DNA of 64,000 bases from Piromyces finnis finn (Eukaryota > Fungi > Neocallimastigomycota): contig MCFH01000047.1 in assembly GCA_002104945.1 (NCBI GenBank), forward strand, positions 124,001 to 188,000. Reading direction: 5' to 3'. The position numbers and the translations under genes are program-made. How positions within the stretch are numbered: the stretch's first letter is position 1; each line of letters starts with the position of its first letter. Of this stretch, positions 42,627 through 56,982 are shown in pieces. The notes beneath the pieces were generated by a model. That model did not search any database, had not been told where the DNA came from, and worked only from the letters and a program-made list of their open reading frames with translations.

Positions 42627-43535
42627 CCATTAACAATAAATGCATTGAAAACATGTTGTGTTATTACTCACTGCTTTGATGAAAGTCATATAATTTGTTA
42701 TATTATTTAGATTTAATATAACTATTTATTAAATCTATGATTTTAAATATAGAATATAAAATAATTTGATAATTAAAATTAAATCTATCTTTTGAACTTT
42801 TATACAAGGTACACAAAAAATAAAATAATATAAAATAACATTTTATAAAATAATATTTTTAATTATTATTTTTAAATGAAATGAAATAGAAAAATAAATA
42901 TTTTATTAAATAATTAAATATATCATTTCTTCATTCAATTATTTATTTATTTATTTATTTGTTTATTTATTAATATATATAGAATTAAGTTTTGTATATT
43001 CTTATTTTATTATTATAAAAAAAACAAAAGCAATGACTTATGACTTATGAATAAAAAGTATAGGGAAAATTAAATATTGTTTTTCTTTAATATTTAATAT
43101 AAATTAATATTTTTAATTATGATTAATTTTAATTTAAAAAATTATGAATAAACTATTTAATATAATATTTAATAATATTTAATATTTATTAATTTTAATA
43201 TTAATCATTTTTATCCTTTATTTTTTCCTTTATTTTTCCCTCTCATTAAAGAATCAATTTAAAAAAAAAATATATATATAAAAAGAGTCAGTTTTCCTTC
43301 TTTATTTTATTTTATTCATTATTAATTTAATTAATAATATTTAGTTGTAAATATATATAAGTAAATTATAATAGAATTATAGAATTATAAAAAAAAAAAT
43401 ATTTGTAAATAATTATTGTAATTATAAAAATAAAAATTAAAATAATTCAAACATTTGAAATTAGAAATTATAAATTATAAGCTTAAGCTTTCTTTTATAT
43501 AAAATATTAATATATTAAAAATCAAAAAATTAAAA

Positions 43536-44474
43536 ATGAAATTCGTCAAAGTTGCTTCTGTTGTTTTATCTTTAGCTTCTACTACACTTGCTCAAAGTTT
43601 CTGCAGTTCAGCTAGACACTCAGGTACAAGTGTTAGAGAAACAAGTAATAAGGTTGGTTCTATTGGTGGAATTGGTTATGAATTATGGGCTGATAGTGGT
43701 AATAATAGTGCTACTTTCTACTCTGATGGTTCTTTCTCTTGCTCATTCCAAAATGCAAAGGATTATTTATGTCGTTCTGGTCTTTCTTTCGACAGTACTA
43801 AAACGCATTCACAAATCGGACATTTGTATGCTGACTTTAAACTCGTCAAACAAAACATCTCAAATGTTGATTATTCATTTGTCGGTATTTATGGTTGGAG
43901 TCGAAGTCCTTTAGTTGAATTCTACGTTGTTGACAATTGGCTTAGTCCATATCGTCCAGGAGATTGGGTTGGTAATGTCAAGAAAGGAGATTATACTATT
44001 GATGGAGCAGTATACACGGTTTATCAAAATACTCGTACTGGACCATCGATTGATGGAAATACCACATTCAAACAATACTTTAGTGTTCGTAAGAATGCTC
44101 GTGATTGTGGTACGATTGATATTACAGCACACTTCCAACAATGGGAAAAGCTTGGAATGACATTAGGTAAATTGCATGAAGCCAAAGTATTAGGAGAAGC
44201 CGGTAGTAATGGATCAGGTACTAGTGGTACAGCCGATTTCCCATATGCTAAAGTATATATTGGTAATGGTAGTAATGCCACTAATAACAATAACAACAAC
44301 AATAACAACAATAATAACAATAATTGGAATAATAACAACAACAATAATAATAATAATGCAGGTAATTGTGCAGCAAGATGGGCTCAATGTGGAGGTAATG
44401 GTTTCAATGGAGCTAAATGTTGTCAACAAGGTACATGTGTTAGAATGAATGAATGGTATTCCCAATGTCAATAA
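43536..44474 (+). CDS. GH11 xylanase-CBM1, copy D
   Basis: 312 aa. The Asn linker is two residues shorter and the protein is otherwise the same. Confidence 0.97.
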   Translation: MKFVKVASVVLSLASTTLAQSFCSSARHSGTSVRETSNKVGSIGGIGYELWADSGNNSATFYSDGSFSCSFQNAKDYLCRSGLSFDSTKTHSQIGHLYADFKLVKQNISNVDYSFVGIYGWSRSPLVEFYVVDNWLSPYRPGDWVGNVKKGDYTIDGAVYTVYQNTRTGPSIDGNTTFKQYFSVRKNARDCGTIDITAHFQQWEKLGMTLGKLHEAKVLGEAGSNGSGTSGTADFPYAKVYIGNGSNATNNNNNNNNNNNNNNWNNNNNNNNNNAGNCAARWAQCGGNGFNGAKCCQQGTCVRMNEWYSQCQ

Positions 44475-45464
44475 ATTTACTCTCAATGTCAATAAATTTA
44501 TTTTTAAATAAATTTATTTTTAAATAAATTTACTCTATAAATATGAAGAAGTTATAAAATCAAAAATTTCAATGTAAATAGAATACATAAAAAGTAAAAC
44601 ATAAATTTTAACATTTTAAATGAATCTTATTAATTGTAGAATTTGAATATATTGTAAAAAATAAAAATATAACATTAAAAAAAATTAGTAAATAATTTTA
44701 TATTATGTAGATTTTAATTTTTTTTTTTTTTTTTTTTCATTTAATAAAGATTTTTAATATGAAAAAATATTCTACTTTTTTTTTTTTTTAATTAATTTAT
44801 AATAAACAATAGATTTGTTTAGATATATTTTGAAACATCCATTGATATTTTACATTAAAAAAAAAAAAAATAAGTATATAATAAAAGTAACTAAATTGGA
44901 TTTTATTATAAATATATCAATACTTTACAGATAATAAATTTTTATTCTATTAGACATTTAAAATAAGTTTATCAATGTATAATGAATTTATAATGGTAAT
45001 TATATTATCAATCTATCAAATAATATAATTCAAATAATATAATTTATGGTAATTATGCTTTACCTTTACTTTTAATGTAAATAAAATTAATCTTGTTAAT
45101 CTATGCGAATGCTTTATATATTGTTTATATTTTATTTTTATTTATTTTATTTTTTTTATTAATTACATTTTTTAAAGTTTTTTTTTTTTACTTTATTTTA
45201 ACTCTATTTTCAATTTTTATTCTTTGTATTTTTTATTAAATTATAAATATATATATATATATATTTACATTTATTATTTATAATAGTTTAATTATTTTAT
45301 TTTATTTTATTTTCTATAATTTATTATCTTTTTTTATATCTATTACAATTTTTTTAATTTTTTTAATATTCTATTTAAAAAAAAAATCATATATAACATA
45401 GATTATATCTATTTTTCTTATGAATAGACATAATTTAAAAATTTATATCAAATAAATTATTTAT

Positions 45465-48400
45465 TCAAAAAGAACCAGCAGTATATTGAATATTTTTAAT
45501 TTGGAATTCAACACCCTTACCAGTGGCATCTTGGAAGTTAAGACGGTTATATTGTGGAACGCTAACTCTTACAGTGTAAGTAGTCCATTCTTCAGTTGGT
45601 TTAACAGTTTTAACTGGATTCCAATCTGATGCTTCAGAATCAGAAAGAGCTAAACTAATGGTACTACCAGCAACAGAAGACTTAATATCGAAACGAATAG
45701 TACCCTTTTTGAAGTATTCTGGACTGTAGAAGGAAAGTGCTCCAAAGTCTGGTTCAATAGTTACATTCATACCATCTTCATATTCAATAGTAGTACTCCA
45801 AGACCAATTTTCGTATGGTTCTAAGAATTGATCACCCATTTCATAGATAGTAATAATTTCATTACTGACTGGTTCAGAGTTATCAATCTTAAAAACGGAA
45901 CTTGGACCGGTGGTGTATTTAATGTTCTTGAGACGGAATTCAACACCTTCACCACTTTCATCTTGGAAGTTGAAACGAATGAAAGCATCACAAGCAATAT
46001 CGAAAGCATAAGTCTTGTATTCGGTAGTAGCCTTGACTTGACCAAGATGAACCATTCTATCAGTATCAGCTTCGAAAACAGAAATGTTAACAAGAGTACC
46101 ATCAACTGGAGCCATAATGTCAAAGCTCATAGCACCATTGGAAAGTGTATTTGGAGAGAAGATAGAGAGGGTAGCTTGGTTAGTTTTGTTTGAACTTTCA
46201 ACAGTGTTAACAATCATTTCACCATCACAAAAGACATCAGTTTCCCAAGCCCAATTTTGGAATTCTTTTGGGAAGAAATCTTCATTACCATAGATGGTAA
46301 TAATATCGTAAGTTGGTTCAGTTTTTTCGACCTTGAAAACGGAACTTGGACCGGTGGTGTATTTAATGTTCTTGAGACGGAATTCAACACCTTCACCACT
46401 TTCATCTTGGAAATTGAAACGAATGAAAGCATCACAAGCAATATCGAAAGCATAAGTCTTGTATTCGGTAGTAGCCTTGACTTGACCAAGATGAACCATT
46501 CTATCAGTATCAGCTTCGAAAACAGAAATGTTAACAAGAGTACCATCAACTGGAGCCATAATGTCAAAGCTCATAGCACCATTGGAAAGTGTATTTGGAG
46601 AGAAGATAGAGAGGGTAGCTTGGTTAGTTTTGTTTGAACTTTCAACAGTGTTAACAATCATTTCACCATCACAAAAGACATCAGTTTCCCAAGCCCAATT
46701 TTGGAATTCTTTTGGGAAGAAATCTTCATTACCATAGATGGTAATAATATCGTAAGTTTGATTAAAGTCAGCAACAGTACCGGTAGTGTAAAGAATATTT
46801 TTAAGACGGAATTCAACACCTTCACCACTTTCATCTTGGAAGTTGAAACGAATGAAAGCATCACAAGCAATATCGAAAGCATAAGTCTTGTATTCGGTAG
46901 TAGCCTTGACTTGACCAAGATGAACCATTCTATCAGTATCAGCTTCGAAAACAGAAATGTTAACAAGAGTACCATCAACTGGAGCCATAATGTCAAAGCT
47001 CATAGCACCATTGGAAAGTGTATTTGGAGAGAAGATAGAGAGGGTAGCTTGGTTAGTTTTGTTTGAACTTTCAACAGTGTTAACAATCATTTCACCATCA
47101 CAAAAGACATCAGTTTCCCAAGCCCAATTTTGGAATTCTTTTGGGAAGAAATCTTCATTACCGTAAATAGTGGTAATTTGACCCTTGGCAAAGAAATCAT
47201 CTCTGGTACCTGAAGAATAGAAAATATTTTGAAGACGGAATTCAACACCTTCACCACTAGTATCTTGGAAATTGAAACGAATGAAATCAGGGCAATCAAT
47301 ATCATAGATATAAGTCTTGTATTCAGTAGTAGCCTTGACTTGACCAAGTGGAATCATTCTATCAGTATCAGCTTCAAAGATAGAAATGTTAACAAGAGTA
47401 CCATCTACTGGAGCCTTAATATCAAATTTAAGGGCACCATTGGAGAAATTGATTGGAGTAAAGATTGAAAGAGTAGCTTGATTAGTTTTATTAGAACTTT
47501 CAATAGTATTAACAATCATTTCACCGTCAAAGGAAACATCAGTTTCCCAAGCCCAATTTTGGAATTCTTTTGGGAAGAAATCTTCATTACCATAAATTTT
47601 AATAACCTTACTCTTATTTTCATCACCATTAACAACTTCACCGTATTCAAATTCAGCAGCAGAACCAGTTGAAACAACTACATTTCTAATAGAAATGGTT
47701 TGAGCAGCAGAGGAACCGACTTGGAAAAAGAAACGATCATATTTTGGGAATTCAATATCAACAGTAACAGTATTCCATTTAGTTCCAGCGGCAACCTTAC
47801 TAATAACGATTGCGTCTTCAGTTTCAAAATTTTGAGCATAAACAGTAACTGGGGCGTTATCGAAACTAGATTTAATATCGAAACGGAGAGAACCATTTTC
47901 AAATAATTCACCTTCGTATTTGAGAGAAAGAGCACCCCAAGCATTTTCTTCAATGACACCAGTCATACAATTATCAGTGAATGAAATTTCGGCACTCCAT
48001 GATTGATTACTAGTGGTATCTGGAAGGGCGTCAGTATTAGCGTAAAGGACAGTGTATTCTGGTGGTGGAACAACAGTTCTTGGCATACCACACCATTGAT
48101 TATTTTCATAACCCCAATCACCATTATAATCAGTTGCAATAACCTTACTACCAAAACAGCATGGAAAACCATATTCAACAGACCAACAGTCCTTAGTTTT
48201 ATCTTTAGTTGGGTCTTTTATTTCAGTTTTAATACCACACCAATGACCAAATTCATAACCCCATGTACCATATTCATCAACTTCATAAACTATATTACTT
48301 TCACAACATGGATAACCTAATAATGAAGCCCAACAATCATCTTTATTTTCTTCATATAAATCTTCAATACCACACCAGGTATTGTTTTCATAACCCCAAG

Positions 48401-48590
48401 TACCAGATTCATCAGTACTTAATACAGTAGTAGTTTCTTTACAACATGGGTAACCATAGGCTAATGCCCAACAATATTCATCATTAGTTTGTACAGCTGA
48501 AATTTGTTCAGTTTCTGTAACTGTAGCTTCTTGAGCAAATACTGAAGTAAAAACAAATGTTGATATTAAACTAATTTTTTTCCAAAACAT
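45465..48590 (-). CDS. Secreted non-catalytic cellulosome component: signal peptide + 3 fungal dockerins (CBM10/NCDD) + 6 CBM29-like modules (NCP1-like)
   Basis: Three CW...GYPCC......D..G.WG.E...WCG modules (48084-48473) are followed by six approximately 145-aa repeats with NW.W, GAlSl..GslRFDiK, FdR..FQD..G.G and I.N...StG motifs that match my recollection of Piromyces equi CBM29. No catalytic domain is recognisable. Confidence 0.85.
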   Translation of the reverse strand: MFWKKISLISTFVFTSVFAQEATVTETEQISAVQTNDEYCWALAYGYPCCKETTTVLSTDESGTWGYENNTWCGIEDLYEENKDDCWASLLGYPCCESNIVYEVDEYGTWGYEFGHWCGIKTEIKDPTKDKTKDCWSVEYGFPCCFGSKVIATDYNGDWGYENNQWCGMPRTVVPPPEYTVLYANTDALPDTTSNQSWSAEISFTDNCMTGVIEENAWGALSLKYEGELFENGSLRFDIKSSFDNAPVTVYAQNFETEDAIVISKVAAGTKWNTVTVDIEFPKYDRFFFQVGSSAAQTISIRNVVVSTGSAAEFEYGEVVNGDENKSKVIKIYGNEDFFPKEFQNWAWETDVSFDGEMIVNTIESSNKTNQATLSIFTPINFSNGALKFDIKAPVDGTLVNISIFEADTDRMIPLGQVKATTEYKTYIYDIDCPDFIRFNFQDTSGEGVEFRLQNIFYSSGTRDDFFAKGQITTIYGNEDFFPKEFQNWAWETDVFCDGEMIVNTVESSNKTNQATLSIFSPNTLSNGAMSFDIMAPVDGTLVNISVFEADTDRMVHLGQVKATTEYKTYAFDIACDAFIRFNFQDESGEGVEFRLKNILYTTGTVADFNQTYDIITIYGNEDFFPKEFQNWAWETDVFCDGEMIVNTVESSNKTNQATLSIFSPNTLSNGAMSFDIMAPVDGTLVNISVFEADTDRMVHLGQVKATTEYKTYAFDIACDAFIRFNFQDESGEGVEFRLKNIKYTTGPSSVFKVEKTEPTYDIITIYGNEDFFPKEFQNWAWETDVFCDGEMIVNTVESSNKTNQATLSIFSPNTLSNGAMSFDIMAPVDGTLVNISVFEADTDRMVHLGQVKATTEYKTYAFDIACDAFIRFNFQDESGEGVEFRLKNIKYTTGPSSVFKIDNSEPVSNEIITIYEMGDQFLEPYENWSWSTTIEYEDGMNVTIEPDFGALSFYSPEYFKKGTIRFDIKSSVAGSTISLALSDSEASDWNPVKTVKPTEEWTTYTVRVSVPQYNRLNFQDATGKGVEFQIKNIQYTAGSF
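45888..47178 (-). repeat. Three near-identical intragenic tandem modules (periods 429 and 444 nt)
   Basis: Identical antisense 69-aa ORFs at 46084, 46528 and 46957 mark the periodicity. Confidence 0.95.
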
Positions 48591-51500
48591 TTTGAAATAT
48601 GATGTATATAAATTTTTTGTATATGTATTTATTTATTTATTTTAGTTGTTTTTGTTTTGTTTTTTATCCCTCAATTATAAAATGTATTATATTTTGTTGA
48701 TATATTTTGATTTATTTTATTTTATTATTGTTTTATTTTATTTTACTTTATTTTAAAAAAAAAATTGACAAAGTTTTCAATTTATTTTAATTTTAAATTA
48801 TTTATTTTATTTTATATATTTAATTTTATTGATGATTTTAATTATATATATAATATTTATTAAATTCCTTCCCTAATTTATTTTTAATTGAATTATTTAA
48901 TATTTATTTTTTTAATAAAAAAAATAAATATTAAATAATATTTTGTATGTTTTATTGAATTAAATTGAAAAGATTATTATATATAAAATAAAATGTATTT
49001 CTTTTTAAATAAAAAGAAAAAAAAAAAAGATTTTATTATTTATATTTATATTTCAATTTCAATAATTAATATAAAAAAAAAAAAAAAAAAATAATTATGA
49101 AGTTTAATATAAATAAACTTTCCCAACTCATAATAAATTTTTTAATAATTTTTGGCTATATAATACTAATCATCAAACAAATTAATTTAAATGAGGAAAA
49201 AAAGAAATTGATTAAAAAAAAAAAGTTTTAATATTCAAACTTTAAATAATAATATTTTTATTGCTCACCAAAAATTTTCAAAAATTTAATTTAATTTGTG
49301 TTATAAAACATCAAACAGAAATTAATTCTTAATTTATATTGGTTTTGACTTTTTTTTTGGTACATAATATATAAAATATATAAAATATATAGAAGTTACT
49401 CTATTGTAGATATATTATTATATATAATTTCAATATAATTTATTATGATGTAACATAAACAAACACTTTCCAATTTTATATATAATTTCATTAAAAAGAA
49501 TGTTTCTTTTTAATTTTATAATTCTATTTGTTTATGCATTATTTTGTGTTAAACTCTAAATTTTGTACTAATCTATTTATCCTTATTTTCATATTTAACT
49601 ATTAAAGAGACCTAGTTATTTGTTATATTGGTAAATAATTTATCTACTTAAAATATTGATTTAAATCGGTAATCTTAATTTATTTCAAAATTTAGATGAA
49701 TAATATAGTGTTAAGTAACATTTCTATATATAAAATAATATATTTTATATATATTCAATTGTCCTTAAAAATTAATTTCATATAATTTAATAAATATCAA
49801 AAATGAAATATTAATATATTAATATTTAATATTATAAAACATTAAAAATTAACTTAAATCTTATAATTATTTAAATTAAAGATTAGTGTAACATTCTTTT
49901 CTCCGTAACTCAAAAAAAAATATTAATTAATATTTGGAATCATTAATTTAATTTAAATTATTATAAAAATAAAACTTTATTTTATAATAAATTTTCCATA
50001 ACCAATTTTCTATATCATTTAAGACTTTTTTGTGTTTTCTTCATCCACTATGATTATTATAGTAATAAAATATAAAAATTCACGGAATTATTATTAGATT
50101 AGGATATTCAATGGTGTATTTTCTAACTATTGTATAGAATTTTAAAGACAGAGGATATATATTTGTATAAACTTTTCCTTAAAAGCAAATTATTACCTTG
50201 TTAATGTTATTGTTGATAGTGATGGTGGTTGGTTGGAGAGTTTGTTTTGCTGTTTTTTGTAATACATTAATTATTTGTTTCTAATAAATTATTATCCATC
50301 TAATTAGTTATGGAAAATTCAAATTTTATTAAATTAGGAAATTTAGATTTCAAATCTTAATAATTATAAAATTAATTAAAAGTACAAATTTTTAATAAAT
50401 TTAAATATTTAAATAGGTGACAAATCATTGATTATTAGTTTAAAATGTATTAAGATTAAATTTCTTTTGTAACCTACTTCAATATAATAATTCTTCCTTC
50501 TGTTTTATGTTTTTCTTTCACTCTTTTTTTATTGGTTTTATAAATCTAATCTAGTGTGTAATATATAAAAATATATTTATAAAATATATAAGCATATTTT
50601 TTGATAATGTAAATAAATAATGTATACAAATATAAAATAAAATACAATAAATGTAAAAATATTAAACGATTATTTTGAAAACTTGGTATTTATATAAATT
50701 GTATAAATTGTATCATTTAAAAATTAAAAAAGGGAAATTATAAATTAAAAGGGATTTTCATAGTAGATTTTGTTAATACAAAGTTGTATAGATATGCATT
50801 TCGTTTATTCTATAATATTAATAAGATATAGAATAAAAAAAAACATTTGATTGATTATTATTTTAATATAAAAAATAACAATGTAATTAATTCTTTTTAT
50901 TTCTTTTCTTTCTTTAGTTATTCCGTTCTTTTTAAAAGATATAGTTTTATTAAATACTCTCCTTTTTTTTTAATTACACTTTTAAAAAAGCTTCACCACC
51001 CAGAAAACAAAGAAATTAATTTAAAACAAAAATTTTAAGGTACAAAAGATATTTTATAAATTCTTTTTTATTATTATTATTTTTTTTTTTTTTTAATTTT
51101 TAAAATTCTTAAATTTGCTTAAATGTAAATCAGCAAGTTCTTCTTCATTCATAAAAAGAAAGAATATATAAAGATAAAATAAAAAAAAAAAAAAAAAGGT
51201 TTACACCTATTTAATTTCATTATAAAATAACAATAAAATATAATTTATAATTTCTACTATTTAAGAATTAATTTATATTAAAAATTTAATTTAAATTTTA
51301 TTAAATATAAAAGCAACTTTTTATACTCTTTAAATATATTATTCTATTATTTTCACCATGCCTATTATTATTATTCTATTTATTATTAGGTTTATCAATG
51401 TAAACATCAATCATCTCAATAATTAGTAATTTATACGTATAATAAAATAATAAAGAATTTTATTCTAAAAAGTTTATTCTTTTTTTTAAAAAAAAAATTC

Positions 51501-51677
51501 CATAGCTTGTAGTTTATTTCATCTTTTAAATAATATGTGATATGCTTCATTTGAACTATCCAATATCTATTTGTCATTAGAATTATTATAATATGCTTTT
51601 ATCTATTTTTAAAATTTACCTTTTTTTAATATTTAAAACTTTAATAAATTTATTTAATCCTTCCTTCATTTATTCAC

Positions 51678-51772
<95 letters not shown>

Positions 51773-51777
51773 TTCAC

Positions 51778-51812
<35 letters not shown>

Positions 51813-51825
51813 TTCATTCATTCAT
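51678..51825. repeat. Compound tetranucleotide microsatellite (TTTA)n(GTTA)n(TTTA)n(TTCA)n
   Basis: Read directly from the sequence. Confidence 0.93.
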
Positions 51826-52492
51826 TCACTTATTACTTGATTGAATGACTTAGGGTGAGCCGCTACATTTAATTTATTGTTCATAATTAATATTTTTATG
51901 TACATAATTATTGGTGGATTTGTTTAATAAATTTAATAAATAATGTATTAAAAATGTGAAGAATAAAAATTTTAATTATTTATTTAATTATTCATTTAAT
52001 TAGATAACTATTTAATTAGTTATTTATTTATTCATTCATTCACATATGGAAGAATTAATTTCATTATCACATTAATTTGGTACAATTAAAAAATAATTTG
52101 TATCTTAAGCAAATTATATCAATTGTATTAAATAAATAATTTAAATTTTGTTTTTTATCACCTTAGTTTAAATAATAATAATAATAATAAAACATTTGAA
52201 ATTGACTCTGAATTTTGAAGATTATTTATTAAATTAAAAAAAAAATTAAAATATATATGGAATATATGAAACCTATGAATTAATATATTCAATTATTTTT
52301 TAAATTTACACTTGTTATTTGACCCTTTGACACTCTACTAAACATAATATAAAAAAAAACATATATAAAAAACTTCATCTAACCAATTCAATAAAGTGTA
52401 CAGTAAAAGAGAGAAAAAAAAAAGTCATAATAATATAAAATATATATATAGTTGTTTTTTTTTTTAAAAAAAAAAAAAATACATCAACAAAA

Positions 52493-54427
52493 ATGATGCA
52501 TCCTGAAAATGTTAGTGAAAGTTCAAATCTATTAACGCATGCTGCTGAATACAATTTCAGTAGTAGTGATAGTGATATTGAAGAAATACCGGAAGCAGAA
52601 GAAGATTTTGGTGTTTCAGCAATGCCAACAATGAAAGAAAAAGAAAAAAAAAGAAATTCACATTTATGTCTTGGATTTTTATTAGTATTAATTTTAATTG
52701 GTATAGGCATTGTTTTTATATTTTTTTCACCTCAAAAATTTAGATTTAAAATTAATGAAAATTCTAGTAGTGATTCAAAAACACTCTATTCATTTGATTT
52801 TAATACCAATAAACCTATTGAAGGTACCTATAATAAAACATTATCGGTCAGTTGTAAAAATGGAATATTTGTTGGTGAAAAGACAGACGACGACATTTTA
52901 TCATTTAAAGGAATTCCTTATGCAAAACCACCAACTGGAAAACTTCGTTGGAAACCACCTGTTAGACCTGATGATAGTTTAACTGTTATGGAAGCCTATC
53001 ATTTTGGCTATTCTCCAATTCAAACTCAATGGGCATTAGAAGCTGCCTCATATTACGAACAAAGTGAGGATTGTTTAACCCTGAATATTTGGGTTAATCC
53101 AACAGAAAAATACAATGGTAAAAAACCTGTCATGGTATTTATCTATGGTGGTTCCTACGGATGGGGAGGTACCATAGATCCAATGTATGATGCTTACCAT
53201 TTTGTAAAGGATCAACCAGATATTGTTTTTGTCACCGTCAACTATCGTACGGGTATAATGGGTTTTATTGATTTTTCCAAGGTGGAAGGGGGTGAAGAGT
53301 ACAAAGAAAGTGGTAATTTAGGTCTTCTTGATCAAATTCAAGCCCTTAAATGGATCAAAGAAAATATTGAAGGATTTGGCGGTGATCCAGACAATGTAAC
53401 TTTATTTGGTGAATCTGCAGGTGCCGGTAGTGTTAGTATTCTTTCGGTGATACCAGAAGCTAAAGGGTTATTTAAAAGAGTCATTGCTCAAAGTGGTTCG
53501 GTGGCCTTAACCTACAGTAAAAAAGAATGTCAAAAATTAACAGAATTATTGCTTAAAGAAGCCAATGCCGATACTATGAATGATTTATTAACCCTTACCG
53601 AAGATACCTTGAAAGAAATCAACATTAAATTAAACGATTATAATAATTTCCCTGAACGTGATGGTATAGTGATACCCGAAGATTTATATGAAGTTTACCA
53701 AAATGGTACATCCAAAGATATTGATTTTTTAATTGGTAATCATCAAGATGAAAGTCGTTACTGGATCCGAGCCTTTGGTAATGAATATATTTATCAAATG
53801 GCCGTTCCAATTCTTTATGAAAATAATATGAAGGAGGTATCCGATGACGATAAAGAATCTGCAGAAAAATTTGTACGTTTACAAAAATCAACGTATCCCT
53901 GGAGTATTTCAAAATTTTACAATGAATTATTATTCCGTATTCCAGCAATGGAACAAGCCATTGGACATTCTAAAAATGGTGGAAATGTATATATGTATTA
54001 TTGGACTTACCCCGTTTCCTATAAAAAAATTGGTGCCCATCACGGAGTAGAACTATCCTTTGTTATGGATAATTTAAATCAAACCGTATTTTCTTCTCAT
54101 CTTGCAAATAAAGAATTGGCCTCAAGTGTACAAGAAATGTGGGTCAATTTTGCTAAAACTGGTCAACCTTCCGTGGGTAATATAACATGGGAAAAATTTG
54201 AACCGGATACTAAACGAACCATGATCCTAAATGAAAATTATGAAATGAAGGATCATGTTTTAGAAGAACAATACATTTTAATTAAACCTCTTTTAAAATA
54301 CAATTTTAATGGTTGTTATACCGATTTAAATTATAATGTAAATTATGTTCAAAAAGTTATCATTGGTTCTATATGTATTCTCATTGCTATTATCATTCTA
54401 CCGATAATTATTTGTAAGAAGAAATAA
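52493..54427 (+). CDS. Type-B carboxylesterase/lipase (para-nitrobenzyl esterase family) with N- and C-terminal transmembrane segments
   Basis: 644 aa, intronless. Motifs: FKGIPYAKPP.G.LRW, SEDCLTLNIW, oxyanion YGGSY, nucleophile GESAG, and GAHHGVEL carrying the catalytic His. Hydrophobic stretches at about aa 59-78 and the last about 22 aa. Confidence 0.93.
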   Translation: MMHPENVSESSNLLTHAAEYNFSSSDSDIEEIPEAEEDFGVSAMPTMKEKEKKRNSHLCLGFLLVLILIGIGIVFIFFSPQKFRFKINENSSSDSKTLYSFDFNTNKPIEGTYNKTLSVSCKNGIFVGEKTDDDILSFKGIPYAKPPTGKLRWKPPVRPDDSLTVMEAYHFGYSPIQTQWALEAASYYEQSEDCLTLNIWVNPTEKYNGKKPVMVFIYGGSYGWGGTIDPMYDAYHFVKDQPDIVFVTVNYRTGIMGFIDFSKVEGGEEYKESGNLGLLDQIQALKWIKENIEGFGGDPDNVTLFGESAGAGSVSILSVIPEAKGLFKRVIAQSGSVALTYSKKECQKLTELLLKEANADTMNDLLTLTEDTLKEINIKLNDYNNFPERDGIVIPEDLYEVYQNGTSKDIDFLIGNHQDESRYWIRAFGNEYIYQMAVPILYENNMKEVSDDDKESAEKFVRLQKSTYPWSISKFYNELLFRIPAMEQAIGHSKNGGNVYMYYWTYPVSYKKIGAHHGVELSFVMDNLNQTVFSSHLANKELASSVQEMWVNFAKTGQPSVGNITWEKFEPDTKRTMILNENYEMKDHVLEEQYILIKPLLKYNFNGCYTDLNYNVNYVQKVIIGSICILIAIIILPIIICKKK

Positions 54428-55242
54428 TTTTTTTTTTTTTTTTTTAAAAAAAAAAAATTACTCCAACTATAAACATATACAAATACCACCCACTTTACAT
54501 CTAACCAACCCTCTTAATCATTTAAACCTAATGATATCTTGAAAATCTTAAAGTCTAATCTATCTATCCATTTTTTTCAAATAGTTATTATTGATTAATA
54601 ATTAAAAAAAAAAAAAAAAAAAAAAAAAATGAATAGTATTATATATAAATTAAAGGATTATAAACTTTACCATCTTTTTATTTACTCTATCGACGTTTGA
54701 ATTATTTATTCCATTCATTTTTATTAATTATCTTTCAAAAAAACATAGTTTTATCGAGTAAATATAAATTTTATAAATATTTAATTTTTTTTTTTTTATA
54801 TATATATTATATAAATAGTTAAAGTAGTTTATCATCAAATAAAAATTATAAAAAATATACACTTTTAAAAAAATGAAGTAAAAAATGATAGTTTATATTT
54901 TCTTTTTTTTTTTTTTTTTTTTATTTATTTATTTAAATATACTTTGACTTTTATAAATGATCAATATCATTATTCTTATATCTAAGATGGGTTGTTATTA
55001 TTATTTAATGGTATTTATTTAATAGGAATTGGTAATACTTTTTTTTTTTTATATATGATATTACATTATTTTTATTTTCTCTTTTTTTTTTTTTCTTTTT
55101 GTTATGCCTATTGTTGACTTGATTTATTTTTTGTTATCGAAATTTTATTATTAATAATACTTTTGGAAATAAAAAAATTCACCTCTAAAAAAAAAAAAAG
55201 GAAAAGTTTACAAAAATAATTTTAAACTTTTACTTTTTTTTT

Positions 55243-56982
<1,740 letters not shown>

